A DNA stretch of 64,000 bases, taken from assembly GCA_026400535.1 (NCBI GenBank), contig JAPLOU010000052.1, positions 54,715 through 118,714 on the forward strand. Reading direction: 5' to 3'. Every line of letters begins with the position of its first letter. Position 1 is the stretch's first letter. Source of the stretch: Hyphomicrobiales bacterium. GTDB lineage: Bacteria; Pseudomonadota; Alphaproteobacteria; Rhizobiales; Beijerinckiaceae. Made by a program: the position numbers and the translations under genes. Shown here in pieces: positions 49,954-60,584 of the stretch. Under the pieces are notes generated by a model. It worked only from the letters and a program-made list of their open reading frames with translations, did not search any database and was not told the DNA's origin.

Positions 49954-50664
49954 ATGATGACGAAAGTCTATTCCGACGCAACAGCGGCTCTCGCCGGCGT
50001 GCTGCGCAATGACATGATGATCATGGCCGGCGGTTTTGGCCTGTGCGGCATTCCGGAAGCCCTGATCGCTGCCATTTGCGAAAGCGGCGTGAAAGGATTG
50101 ACCATTGTCTCGAATAACGCCGGCGTCGACGGCATCGGCCTCGGCGTCTTGCTGGAGACACGCCAGGTCCGCAAGATGATCAGCTCCTATGTCGGCGAGA
50201 ACAAGACGTTCGCCACGCAATACCTGGCCGGCGAACTCGAGATCGAGTTCAACCCGCAAGGCACGCTGGCCGAGCGCATCCGCGCCGGCGGGGCCGGCAT
50301 TCCGGCGTTCTACACCAAGACCGGCGTCGGAACGCTCGTGGCAGAAGGCAAGGAAGAGCGCGAGTTCGGCGGCATGCGCTACATCATGGAGACCGGCCTT
50401 TTCGCGGACCTTGCCATTGTCCATGCCTGGAAGGGCGACACTGAAGGGAACCTCGTCTACCGCAAGACAGCGCGCAACTTCAATCCGATGATGGCGACAG
50501 CTGCGAAAGTCACGGTCGCTGAAGTCGAGCATCTGGTCAACGCGGGCGCGATCGACCCGGACCACATGCACACACCTGGGATCTATATCAAGCGCATGAT
50601 CAAGTGCGACAATCCGGTCAAGCGCATCGAGCAGCGCACCGTGCGCCAGCGCACCGCCGCCTGA
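49954..50664 (+). CDS. scoA: 3-oxoacid CoA-transferase subunit A
   Basis: [45 protein letters not shown]. Confidence 0.9.
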   Translation: MMTKVYSDATAALAGVLRNDMMIMAGGFGLCGIPEALIAAICESGVKGLTIVSNNAGVDGIGLGVLLETRQVRKMISSYVGENKTFATQYLAGELEIEFNPQGTLAERIRAGGAGIPAFYTKTGVGTLVAEGKEEREFGGMRYIMETGLFADLAIVHAWKGDTEGNLVYRKTARNFNPMMATAAKVTVAEVEHLVNAGAIDPDHMHTPGIYIKRMIKCDNPVKRIEQRTVRQRTAA

Positions 50665-50698
50665 CATCGGCCAACCCGAACCGCAAGGAGACCAGACC

Positions 50699-51355
50699 AT
50701 GGCATGGACCCGCGAACAGATGGCCGCACGTGCCGCGCAGGAACTGGCTGACGGTTACTACGTCAACCTGGGGATCGGCATTCCGACGCTTGTGTCAAAC
50801 TACATCCCTGCCGGCATGAACGTGCAGCTTCAGAGTGAGAACGGCATGCTCGGCATGGGGCCGTTCCCATATGAGGACGAGGTTGATCCCGACCTGATCA
50901 ACGCCGGCAAGCAGACGATCACCGAACTGCCGACCACCAGTTACTTCTCATCCTCGGATTCCTTCGCGATGATCCGGGGCGGCCACATCGACCTGTCGAT
51001 CCTTGGCGCGATGCAGGTGTCGCAGAACGGTGACCTCGCCAACTGGATGATCCCCGGCAAGATGGTCAAGGGCATGGGCGGTGCCATGGACCTCGTTGCA
51101 GGCGTCAAGAAGGTCGTCGTGGTCATGGAGCATGAGGCCAAGGGTGAATCGAAGCTGCTGAAGGCCTGCAACCTGCCGCTGACTGGCGCGGGCGTTGTCG
51201 ACATGGTCATCACTGACCTTGCCGTCTTTCTGATCGACAAGAAAAAGGGCGGCATGACGCTGATCGAGCTTGCCGATGGCGTGACGCTCGATGAGGTCAA
51301 GGCCAAGACCGAGGCCGCGTTCAGCGTGGCGCTCGGGGATGCGAAGGCGGCCTAG
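50699..51355 (+). CDS. scoB: 3-oxoacid CoA-transferase subunit B
   Basis: [22 protein letters not shown] (catalytic Glu motif), GAMDLVAG. Confidence 0.9.
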   Translation: MAWTREQMAARAAQELADGYYVNLGIGIPTLVSNYIPAGMNVQLQSENGMLGMGPFPYEDEVDPDLINAGKQTITELPTTSYFSSSDSFAMIRGGHIDLSILGAMQVSQNGDLANWMIPGKMVKGMGGAMDLVAGVKKVVVVMEHEAKGESKLLKACNLPLTGAGVVDMVITDLAVFLIDKKKGGMTLIELADGVTLDEVKAKTEAAFSVALGDAKAA

Positions 51356-51445
51356 CGGTTCACCTCCGGTTTTCGCCGTTCGATCAGGTCCCATCAGTCG
51401 CCGAAGCAATCTTCAAGGACGGCGAAGGTCGCGTGGCGTGGCCTT

Positions 51446-53161
51446 TCAGTGGCGCTGACGCATGGCGCGCGTCAGCAGCAAGACCGGCAGGACACCGATG
51501 ACGACAATGGCCAGCGCCGCTGTCGATGACTGTGCAAGCCGCTCATCGGAGGCGAGCTGGTAGGCCCTGATCGCCAGCGTGTCGAGGTTGAAGGGCCGGA
51601 CGATCAGCGTCGCCGGTAGTTCTTTCATCACATCGACAAAGACGACGAGGCCAGCGGTCAACAGCGACCGGCGCAGCATCGGCGCATGGATCCGACCGGC
51701 GAGAGCGCCTTGCGTCGAGCCGAGCGTGCGCGCTGCATGGTCGACATTCAGGCCAATGCGCGCATAACCTGCTTCGATTCCGCCTGTAGCGACGGCAAGA
51801 AAACGGACGAGATAGGCGAACATCAGCGCCACGAGCGTGCCGCTGAACAGCAGACCGGTCGACATGCCAAAACTGCTGCGCATGAACCGGTCAAGCGCAT
51901 TGTCCAACAGTCCCAGCGGCAGCAGGATGCCGACAGCGACCACGGTTCCCGGAATGGCGTAGCCGAGCGTGGCGAAGCGTACGGCAAGCCGCGTGAGCGG
52001 CGAGGCCGAGATCCGAAGCGCATAGGCGAGCAGCGCGCCCGCCGCGGCCACGATCACGGCTGCCAGCCCGGCCAGCACAAAAGAGTTCGTGGCGTAGTGG
52101 ACAAAGCGCGTTCCAAACAGGGGGTCGCCTCCGCTCAGGTGCAGGCGCACGAGCAGAAGGGCGGGGACGGCGAAGCCGAGCAGGATGGGAAGCGCGCATA
52201 CGGCAAGTGCCGCGCTGGCTTTGGCCCCGGTCAACGGTCGCGCGCCGAGAATACGCTCGCGCCGCGATGTCCGCGCAAAGCGCCGCGATCCACGCGCCTG
52301 CCGCTCAAGCGCGACGAGTACAAGCACAAAGCACAACAGTCCGATCGAGAGCTGCGCCGCAGCGATCCTGTCGCCCATGCCGAACCATGTCCGGTAGATC
52401 ACGGTGGTGAAGGTGTGGATGCCGAAGTACTCCACGGTGCCGAAATCCGCGAGCGCCTCCATCAGCGCAAGGGCGACGCCCGCGGCGATGGCTGGCCGGG
52501 CCAGGGGCAGCGCGATGCGCCAGAAGCTCTCCGACATGCTGCCGCCGAGCGTACGCGACGCATCCATGATGCAGGCGGACTGCTCGATGAAGGCCGAACG
52601 CGCCAGCATGTAGACATACGGATACAGCACCAGCGTCAGCATCAGGCTGACGCCGCCGAGGTTGTGGATGTCCGGGAACCAGTAGTCCGCCTTCGACCAG
52701 CCAAAACCGGCGCGCAACGCCGATTGCAACGGCCCCACGAAGGCCAGCGCGTCGGTGTAGACATAGCCGATGATGTAGGCCGGCATCGCCATGGGCAGAA
52801 GCAGCAGCCATTCCAGATGGCGCGAGCCTGGAAAGCAGAATGCCGTGACGAGCCAGGCTGTGATGACGCCGACCAGGGCGGTGCCGCTGCCCACCAGCAG
52901 CATCAGCCCGATTGTGTTGAGCACCGCCGCTGGCAGTACGGTGCGCGACAGGTGCTGCAGGCTCCCGGTGCCCGTCTGCGTCAGGCTCGCCGCGAGGCTC
53001 AGCAGCGGTAGCGCCACAATCAGCGCAACGGCCAGCGCCGCGAAGGTCAGCGGTGTCATGCTGCGGCGCAGGCGCCCGATGGCGCTGATGCGCGGCAGCG
53101 GTTGGCCGGGCAGGGTTGAGGTGGACATCGCGATCTGATCCGGAAAGGCGTTGGACGGCAC
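51446..53161 (-). CDS. iron(III)-type ABC transporter permease (two fused permease domains)
   Basis: 571 aa with duplicated MalFG-type permease pattern, directly downstream of the binding-protein gene. Start GTG 53161 or ATG 53128. Confidence 0.85.
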   Translation of the reverse strand: MPSNAFPDQIAMSTSTLPGQPLPRISAIGRLRRSMTPLTFAALAVALIVALPLLSLAASLTQTGTGSLQHLSRTVLPAAVLNTIGLMLLVGSGTALVGVITAWLVTAFCFPGSRHLEWLLLLPMAMPAYIIGYVYTDALAFVGPLQSALRAGFGWSKADYWFPDIHNLGGVSLMLTLVLYPYVYMLARSAFIEQSACIMDASRTLGGSMSESFWRIALPLARPAIAAGVALALMEALADFGTVEYFGIHTFTTVIYRTWFGMGDRIAAAQLSIGLLCFVLVLVALERQARGSRRFARTSRRERILGARPLTGAKASAALAVCALPILLGFAVPALLLVRLHLSGGDPLFGTRFVHYATNSFVLAGLAAVIVAAAGALLAYALRISASPLTRLAVRFATLGYAIPGTVVAVGILLPLGLLDNALDRFMRSSFGMSTGLLFSGTLVALMFAYLVRFLAVATGGIEAGYARIGLNVDHAARTLGSTQGALAGRIHAPMLRRSLLTAGLVVFVDVMKELPATLIVRPFNLDTLAIRAYQLASDERLAQSSTAALAIVVIGVLPVLLLTRAMRQRH

Positions 53162-53163
53162 CC

Positions 53164-54210
53164 CTATTTCCAGCCCGCCCGATCCATGATCTGCAGCGCC
53201 GGCGCATTATTCCGGGCGAAGACGCCGGCATTGAGTTGGTCCGGCTTGAAGGACCCGAAGCGGGCGATGGTCGCGGGCGGCGCGACACCGGCCACCACCG
53301 GATACTCGTCATTGCCGTCGGCGAGGAACCTTTGTGCCGGTTCGGAGACCAGATACTCGAGGAAGCGCACCGCCGCCTGTGGGTTCCTTGAGGTTGCACA
53401 CAGTCCGCCGCCAGAAATGTTGATGTGTGTGCCGCGGCCGTCCTGGTTGGGAAAGAGTACGCCGATCTTCTCCAGAACGGCCGCATCAGCAGGCTGAGGC
53501 TTCCGGATCGCGTTGCCAAGATAGTAGGTGTTGGCAATCGCCAGATCACCTTCGCCCGCTGCGCAGGCCCGGAACTGGTCCGTGTCGCCACCGCGCGGCG
53601 GCCGCGCCATGTTGGCGACGATGCCGCGTGCCCAGGCTTCCGTGGCGGCCCCGCCATTGGCTGCGAGGATCGAGCCGGTGAGCGACTGGTTGTAGATTGA
53701 GGTCGAGGAGCGGGTCAGCAACCTGCCTTTCCACCTCGGATTGGCAAGATCCTCGTAGGTTGACAGCTCGGCCGGGCTGACCTTGTCCTTGTTGTACATG
53801 ATCACACGGGCGCGGCTCGAGAACCCGAACCAGTAGCCGTTCGGATCACGCAGCGAGGCTGGAATGCGGCTGGCGAGGATCTCCGAATTGACTGGCGCGA
53901 GAAGCCCGAGTTTGCGGGCCCGTTCGATGCGGCCGGCATCGACCGACACGAATACGTCTGCCGGGCTGCTGGCGCCTTCCGCCCGCATTCGCTCGATCAG
54001 TGCGTCCGGGGCGGCCTCGATCCGGTTGATTCGGATGCCGGTGGCGGTCGTGAAATTGCTGTAGAGCGCCTCGTCGGTGTCATAGTGGCGCGACGAATAC
54101 AGGTTCAGCACCTTCGCTGCCTGCGCGCGCACGATGGCGGGCGCGGACAGGGCGGCCGTCAGGCCGACGGAGGCCGCCAGAAACGTGCGGCGGCTGGTCA
54201 GTGTGGACAT
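53164..54210 (-). CDS. Fe(3+) ABC transporter substrate-binding protein (FbpA-like)
   Basis: MSTLTSRRTFLAASVGLTAALSAPAIVRAQA (Tat-type signal), LNLYSSRHYDTDEALY. ATG 54210 with GGAGAT upstream. Confidence 0.85.
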   Translation of the reverse strand: MSTLTSRRTFLAASVGLTAALSAPAIVRAQAAKVLNLYSSRHYDTDEALYSNFTTATGIRINRIEAAPDALIERMRAEGASSPADVFVSVDAGRIERARKLGLLAPVNSEILASRIPASLRDPNGYWFGFSSRARVIMYNKDKVSPAELSTYEDLANPRWKGRLLTRSSTSIYNQSLTGSILAANGGAATEAWARGIVANMARPPRGGDTDQFRACAAGEGDLAIANTYYLGNAIRKPQPADAAVLEKIGVLFPNQDGRGTHINISGGGLCATSRNPQAAVRFLEYLVSEPAQRFLADGNDEYPVVAGVAPPATIARFGSFKPDQLNAGVFARNNAPALQIMDRAGWK

Positions 54211-54331
54211 CGTGATCTCCATGCTTCGCGGGTTCAAGGTCCGCGATTCCGGGCTCGGCTGTTGACGCCATTCGTCTTGTTAGGCGTGCCATTGGGGGAG
54301 GGTCAACAAAAAAACGAATATAAAACAATAA

Positions 54332-54373
54332 CTTATATAAATTCTAAACTGCGGGAAACATCATCCGCAGTTT
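54332..54373. promoter_or_regulatory. ICE-like (Irr) box overlapping a perfect 9-bp hairpin, in the AT-rich region upstream of the FbpA-like gene
   Basis: CTTATATAAATTCTAAA (54332-54348) matches TTTAGAA-N3-TTCTAAA at 11 of 14 defined positions (right half perfect). AAACTGCGG (54346-54354) / CCGCAGTTT (54365-54373), then T. Confidence 0.4.
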
Positions 54374-55561
54374 TGAATCGGTCAAGCCTCGGCGCAAAGG
54401 CAAGCCAGATCAGCCGCTTGGGCACGCCCTCATGGGCAATGAGAAAGGTCGGGCAAGAACAGCCTACGCCTCGTTGAGGGAAACGATCGTACTGATGTCA
54501 GTGCCTGAACAGTTCGATGACCCGGCCCGGCATCCTGCGCGGTGCCGGTTGGCCATTGGCATCCCCAAGGCGCACGCTGCAGCTCACGATATTGACCGCA
54601 CGCTTGATGGACTGGGCGTTTGTCTCGTGCACACGGGTCATGCGTTGAACCACGCGGCGCAGGCGCTCATGCTGGCTGACGTCGACGACGTGGTCGATCT
54701 GGTTGCGCGTCCACAGGACAGGGGGGAGGTAAGCGGAAATCCGGGCAATGCGCTTCTGTGAACGAACAGCGGCCAGATCCGTTCAAGACGCGTGGCCGAC
54801 CATTGAACATGACCATGTCGCCGGCCCCCAGGGCAACGTCCTTCAGCATCGCCACCGGATGCGCCCCGTTGGGGGGCGAAAGCCGGATCAATCAATGTCT
54901 GCTAGGCATAGGCCATCGGCAATGAGCGATAGGTTTTGCCATCGCCGTCCACCTCATCAATCATGTCGGCACCGGTGGCAACGCCCATCGCCCGCGTCGA
55001 CGCGTCGGCGAACATTGCGCGGCAAGGAGCTTCGTGGCTGACCAGATCGGCACTGTCGCGACTGTAATCCGGCGGATGTTGGTAGCCGTGGCACAGGCGC
55101 ATGCAGATCGAATGTGGCACGTCGGCTGCTCCGATACGACATCCAGCGCCGCCTTGACGCAACTCCTGGGCTTTCGCTTGCTCCGATCGGCGCGCCATGT
55201 CCGGTTCTGCTCTTGCCCGGTCGGATTGAACGGGTTCAACAGGAAGTCTGGGAAGGCGACACGGTTCTGTGGGGTCCGGACCGCGAGCAGAGGGAACACA
55301 ACGCCGCTCCGTGCGGCCTGCTGGCCTGAGGCATGGGCCTGGGCCTGCACTGGCTGTTCGCGGCGGACCCGTGTGTCGCTGCGGAAGGTCTCAGACATGC
55401 CGATGCAAGCGCTTGCCTGCACAAGGGACACCCCAAGCATGGCGACGCCAATCTCACGGATCGCCGCTCAGCGCATGTCGGTGCGGCGCCGTTCCCGAGC
55501 GCAACTTCATCAGCCGCCCCGCGGCTGTCTCCGGCTTGACGGCGCGGCGCGCACCGCGTCA

Positions 55562-55755
55562 TGGCCCGAAACGGTACCCGAACTGCGCTTCACCTTCCGC
55601 AAAATCTTCGGTGCAGACCGCTTCAAATGCAACGCGATCCAGCACAGACTGGGTCCGGGCCCCGCATGCCATTGAATGAAGTTGCGTTCCTCACACTGCT
55701 GATTTGGTGATGAAAATGGCCCATCCGACACCCGATAACCCGTCAGCTGCTGCAC
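55562..55755 (-). pseudogene. enoyl-CoA hydratase (crotonase) C-terminal remnant (weak call)
   Basis: Two minus frames read ...LTGYRVSDGPF.. and ...TQSVLDRVAFEAVCTEDFAEGEAQFGYRFGP*. These resemble the crotonase tail (...LTG..isa.eA... and ...s.D..EG..AF.EKR.P.F). No N-terminal part exists; the RND gene ends 120 nt away. Confidence 0.3.
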
Positions 55756-55874
55756 TTCAGATGTGAGACCGCCGCGCCAATAGCTCCCACGGTGCAGACT
55801 TGCATCATGACTGATCGGTCGAGCGGGCGATTGAGGCCGGCCTGGCTTGGCGCAATTGCGGCCTTGCGGTGCCG

Positions 55875-58800
55875 CTACTCGGCCGGTTGCGGTACGGGCT
55901 CGACAACAGCCTTGTCTTCACGGTTGCGCCCTGAAATGAGCGAGTCGACCTTGTCGAGATAGAAGTACACGACTGGCGTGATGTAGAGTGTCAGCACCTG
56001 GGACAGGATCAGCCCTCCGACCACCGCAACGCCCAGCGGTTGGCGCAGTTCCGCGCCGGCACCGCTGCCGAGCGCGATCGGCAGGATGGCGAAGATGGCG
56101 GCGAAACTCGTCATGATGATAGGCCGGAAGCGGACCAGCGCCGCCTCCCGGATCGCGGTCATCGCGTCGACATCTTCGCTGCGCCGTTTCTCGATCGCGA
56201 AGTCGACCATCATGATGGCGTTCTTCTTGACGATGCCCACCAGCATGAGAATGCCGATGATGGCGATGACCGACAGGTCCATCCCGAACCACTGCAGTGC
56301 GAGCAGGGCCCCAAGGCCTGCCGAGGGCAGGCCGGACAGGATGGTGATCGGATGGATGTAGCTCTCGTAAAGGATGCCGAGCACGATGTAGATCACCAGC
56401 ACCGCGGCGAGAAGCAGCAGTCCCTGGCCCTTGAGCGCGTCCTGGAAGAGTTGGGCCGAGCCGGAGAAGTTGGAGTTCATCGAGGCGACCATACCGACTT
56501 CGCGTTCGGCAACGCGCACCGCATCAACCGCCTCGCCAATCGCCACGCCTGGCGCCGTATTGAAGGAGAAGGTCACGGCGGGTTGCTGCGAGATCCGGTT
56601 CACAGCCAGCGGCCCGACGGAAGGCACGATCTTGGCCACCGCTTCCAGCGGCACGTTCTGGCCTCCGGCTGTTCGCAGCAGCAGGCGCGACAGGACCGCC
56701 GGATCAAGCTGGAACGCCTTGTCAGCCTCCATGATCACCTGGTAGTCGTTCGACGCCGTGAAGATCGTGGCGATCTGGCGCTGGCCGAAGGCGTTGTAGA
56801 GCGTTTGCCGGATCTGGTCCGACGTGATGCCGAGGCTTGCCGCCCGGTCGCGGTCGAGTTCGACCGCGATTTGCGGATTGCGCAGTTGCAGGTCCAGCGA
56901 CACATCGCGCAACTGCGGCAGCCGCGACAGGCGCTCCTGCAGCCGCGGCGCGAGGTTGAACAGCGCTTCAAGATCCGGGCCCGAGATTGAATACTGATAG
57001 GCGGCTCTGGAGGCCCGGCCCGCATTGAGGTTGATGTTCTGCACCGGCTGGAATACGGCAGTCAGCCCCGGAACCGAGGATGATGCTCGTCTCAGGCGAC
57101 CGATGATTTCCTGGGCGCTGTCACGGTCCTTTCGCGGCTTCAGGGAAATGAACAGGAAGCCCGTGTTGACCGAGTTGAAGCCGCCGATGTTGACCGTCAT
57201 ATAGTCGACGGCGGGATCGGCACGGATGATTTCGGCCAAGCGCTGCACGCGGGCGGACATCGCCTCGAATGACGTGTCCGGCGGTCCTTCCGTGGCGCCT
57301 CGCAGCAAGCCGGTGTCCTCAACCGGGAAAAAACCCTTGGGGATGTCGATATAAAGCTGCACGCTGACATAGACCGTCGCGAGCGTCAGCGCGAGAACCA
57401 GAAGGCGCAGCTTGAGGACGATATCCAGTGTCCAGCGATAGCCGGCCAGAACCGCGTCGAAGACGGGATCAACAATCCGGTCCATCAGCGTCTTCTTCTC
57501 GTGATCGCCATGTCCGCCGCGCAGGAGGCGGGCGCACATCATCGGCGTCAGCGTCAGCGACACGAAGCCGGATACGAGGATTGCAGCCGAGATGGTTCCG
57601 GCAAATTCGCGGAAGACGCGGCCAACCACCCCGCCCATCAGGAAAACCGGGATGAACACGGCCACCAGCGATAAGGTGATGGAGACAACGGTGAAGGCGA
57701 TTTCGCGCGAGCCGACGAGCGCGGCCTCGAACGGCTTCTTGCCCATTTCGATATGTCGGACGATGTTTTCGAGCACGACGATCGCGTCATCGACCACCAG
57801 CCCGACGGCAAGCGTGAGAGCCAGCAGCGAGATGTTATCAAGCGAATAGCCGAACGCGTACATCGCCGCAAAGGTGCCCATCAGCGAGATTGGCAACGTG
57901 ATCGTCGGGATCAGCGTGGCGGTCAGCCGCTTCAGGAACACGAAGATCACCAGGATCACGCACAGCGTCGCGACAACCAGTTTCTCAAGAACCTTCTCGA
58001 CAGATTCCTTGATCGGCTGGGCACGGTCATTCAGGACGGCGAGGTCGATCGAGGCAGGCAACTGGTCGCGGTAGCTCGGCAGGCGGTTGCGGATCTGCTG
58101 CACGACATCCACAGTGTTGGCGTCGGACTGACGGAAAACGGCCAAGATGATCGCACGCTGGCCATTGTACCAGCTGGCTGTCTGGTTGTTCTCGACCGAG
58201 TCGGCAACGGATGCCACGTCTTCCAGCTTGATCGGAATGCCGTTGCGCTGGGCAATGATCAGGCCGCCATACTCAGAGGCCTTCTCAAGCTGCCCCGTGG
58301 CGCCGAGCGTGAGACGCTGACGCTCACCGGAGATCGTACCGACGGGCGAGTTGGAGTTGGCGGCCTGCACCGCGGTGCGGACCTCGTTGAGCGTCAGGCC
58401 GCGGGCGGAAACGGCGTCCGGATTGACGAAAATGCGCACCGCATATTTCTGCGCGCCAAAGACGTTGACCTGGGCCACGCCAGTGATCTGCGAAATCTGC
58501 TGTTGAAGGATGGTTTCGGCGTACTCGTTCAGTCTGGACAGCGGCTGAGTGCCCGATGTCAGCACCAGGAACACCACCGGCTGGTCGGCCGGGTTGACCT
58601 TTCTGAACGAGGGCGGGGCCGGCAGATCCTGCGGCAACCGGCGCGCGGCAGCGCTGAGGGCGGCCTGCACATCGAGCGCTGCGCCGTCGATGTTGCGGTC
58701 GAGATCGAACTGGAGTGTGATCGAGGTCGAACCTTGCTGCGAGACCGAAGACATTGAGGCGATGCCAGCGATCGACGCCATCTCGCGCTCAAGCGGCGCT

Positions 58801-58991
58801 GCGACCGAGTTGGCCATCGTTTCCGGGCTCGCGCCGGGAAGGCGCACGTTCACGTTGATGGTCGGGAAATCGACGCGGGGCAGGGCCGCCACGGGCAATT
58901 GCCTGAACGCAAAGAACCCGAAAACCACGAATGACAGCATCATCAGCGTGGTCATCACGGGCCTGCGGATGCAAAGCTCAGGAAGCGACAT
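55875..58991 (-). CDS. RND efflux transporter permease (AcrB/MdtB/MdtC-like)
   Basis: MSLPELCIRRPVMTTLMM..., 12-TM RND pattern, 1038 aa from ATG 58991. Confidence 0.95.
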   Translation of the reverse strand: MSLPELCIRRPVMTTLMMLSFVVFGFFAFRQLPVAALPRVDFPTINVNVRLPGASPETMANSVAAPLEREMASIAGIASMSSVSQQGSTSITLQFDLDRNIDGAALDVQAALSAAARRLPQDLPAPPSFRKVNPADQPVVFLVLTSGTQPLSRLNEYAETILQQQISQITGVAQVNVFGAQKYAVRIFVNPDAVSARGLTLNEVRTAVQAANSNSPVGTISGERQRLTLGATGQLEKASEYGGLIIAQRNGIPIKLEDVASVADSVENNQTASWYNGQRAIILAVFRQSDANTVDVVQQIRNRLPSYRDQLPASIDLAVLNDRAQPIKESVEKVLEKLVVATLCVILVIFVFLKRLTATLIPTITLPISLMGTFAAMYAFGYSLDNISLLALTLAVGLVVDDAIVVLENIVRHIEMGKKPFEAALVGSREIAFTVVSITLSLVAVFIPVFLMGGVVGRVFREFAGTISAAILVSGFVSLTLTPMMCARLLRGGHGDHEKKTLMDRIVDPVFDAVLAGYRWTLDIVLKLRLLVLALTLATVYVSVQLYIDIPKGFFPVEDTGLLRGATEGPPDTSFEAMSARVQRLAEIIRADPAVDYMTVNIGGFNSVNTGFLFISLKPRKDRDSAQEIIGRLRRASSSVPGLTAVFQPVQNINLNAGRASRAAYQYSISGPDLEALFNLAPRLQERLSRLPQLRDVSLDLQLRNPQIAVELDRDRAASLGITSDQIRQTLYNAFGQRQIATIFTASNDYQVIMEADKAFQLDPAVLSRLLLRTAGGQNVPLEAVAKIVPSVGPLAVNRISQQPAVTFSFNTAPGVAIGEAVDAVRVAEREVGMVASMNSNFSGSAQLFQDALKGQGLLLLAAVLVIYIVLGILYESYIHPITILSGLPSAGLGALLALQWFGMDLSVIAIIGILMLVGIVKKNAIMMVDFAIEKRRSEDVDAMTAIREAALVRFRPIIMTSFAAIFAILPIALGSGAGAELRQPLGVAVVGGLILSQVLTLYITPVVYFYLDKVDSLISGRNREDKAVVEPVPQPAE

Positions 58992-59057
58992 GGTTCCGTT
59001 CCTCTCGGCCGCGAAGGGCCACGAATTCACCCATCATCATCGATCGGACCGTGCGAT

Positions 59058-60368
59058 TCAGCCCTGCGTCGGACGCTGTTGCTGCGCTGACGGCGCACCC
59101 GGCGGACGCTGACCGCCGGGTTGGCGCACGACGACCCGCACGCCATTGGTCAGCAGCAGCTGGCCATCTGTGACAACTGTCTCGCCGCCGGACAGGCCGC
59201 TGGTAAGCACGACCTCATTGTCCATCGTCCGGTTGACGACGACCGGACGCACACGGGCCACGTCACCCTCCAGCACGAACACGAAGGTGCCTGTCTGGCT
59301 GGTCTGCACCGCTTCGCGCGGTACCACCAGCGCGTCCGGTTCGGTCCTGAGAATGAGCCTGACGCTGCACAGCGCGCCCGGCCAGAGCAATTCGTCGGCA
59401 TTGGTGAAGATTGCGCGGGCGGAGATGGTCCCGGTCGTTCCGTCGACCTGGTTCTCGACGAAGGCCACCCGCCCGGTCGCCGACTTCGGCAGTCCCTGCG
59501 GGGTTGCGATCACGGACGAACTCTGGTCGCCGATGGAGCTCTTGAGATCGATCAGATAGCGTTGCGGGAGCGAAAAGGCCACGTAGATCGGGCTGGTCTG
59601 GTTGATCAGGGCCAGCACGGGCGAGCTGTCACCCGTCTTGGCGATGTTGCCAGTCTTCAGGCCTGCAGGCCCGACACGGCCCGAAATCGGGGCCGAAAGG
59701 GTGTAGAAGCTGAGCTGGACCTTGAGGTTGTCGACGTTCGCCTCGCTGGCGCGGACGATGGCGCGCTGGGTTTCGGCCGCTGCCCTGGCCTGATCGAGGC
59801 GCTGTTCTGAAGCGAAGTCCCGCCTCGCCAGTTCCTGGGCACGCTTGTAATCCGCATCGGCCGATACCGACTGAGCCCGGTCACGAGCAAGGTTCGCTTC
59901 GGCCTGCCGGATCTGGGCCTCGATCTGCCGCGAATCGAGCCTGAACAGCACGTCGCCGCTCTTCACGGATGAGCCATCTTCGAACGGCACTGCGAGGATC
60001 TGGCTTTCGACCCGGGCGCGGACGCTCACGGTCGCGATGGTCTGGACAGTGCCGAGCGCGTCGAGACGGACCGCCATGGGCTTTCGTTCGGCCTTGCCGA
60101 TGGTGACAGGAACCGGAGGCCGCGCTGGCGGACCGCCTGCTGCCGGCCTGGTCGCGGCTGCGCTTTGCGGGCCGGAGCTCGGGCGGGCCTCGCCGGGCTT
60201 GGCGGCCGGGTTAAGGAAGGGAATCTGCGCCAGCAGCGGCGCGGCATAGGGCGTCGCCAGCGATAGCGGATAAGGAGCGGTCTGACCCGTGTAGTGGAAA
60301 TACCCCAAGGCGCCAGCGCCGGCCAAGGCCACGGCGGCTACTCCGCGCAAAATCCCCGAAAGTGCCAT
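59058..60368 (-). CDS. RND efflux periplasmic adaptor (MFP)
   Basis: ATG 60368 (AAGAAGG RBS). TM/signal, P/A-rich linker, then coiled-coil and barrel pattern (VSVRARVESQILAVPFEDGSSVKSGDVLFRLD...). Confidence 0.9.
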   Translation of the reverse strand: MALSGILRGVAAVALAGAGALGYFHYTGQTAPYPLSLATPYAAPLLAQIPFLNPAAKPGEARPSSGPQSAAATRPAAGGPPARPPVPVTIGKAERKPMAVRLDALGTVQTIATVSVRARVESQILAVPFEDGSSVKSGDVLFRLDSRQIEAQIRQAEANLARDRAQSVSADADYKRAQELARRDFASEQRLDQARAAAETQRAIVRASEANVDNLKVQLSFYTLSAPISGRVGPAGLKTGNIAKTGDSSPVLALINQTSPIYVAFSLPQRYLIDLKSSIGDQSSSVIATPQGLPKSATGRVAFVENQVDGTTGTISARAIFTNADELLWPGALCSVRLILRTEPDALVVPREAVQTSQTGTFVFVLEGDVARVRPVVVNRTMDNEVVLTSGLSGGETVVTDGQLLLTNGVRVVVRQPGGQRPPGAPSAQQQRPTQG

Positions 60369-60584
60369 GAACGAGCCTTCTTTAGCCACCATTGTCCACG
60401 CCCGAGAGGGCATGGCGTTCGCAGGTTATACTCTCATCACAAGCCGTCCTGTTGTGCTAGAGCCCTGCGGGGTTGAAAGCAACTGTCATGCCCAGATGTG
60501 GTTCACACGAATATGTGAGACCGTTTTGCGCCGTCATGCCGGATGCTTTTCCATCCGCCCGAACACCAGCGCGGCGATCCAGCC

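Noticed and set aside
51686-53657. 441-aa (+) and 450-aa (-, alternative frame) ORFs over the iron ABC permease and binding-protein genes
   Set aside because: They are alternative-frame or antisense readings of clearly assignable transporter genes. Their composition is non-protein-like.
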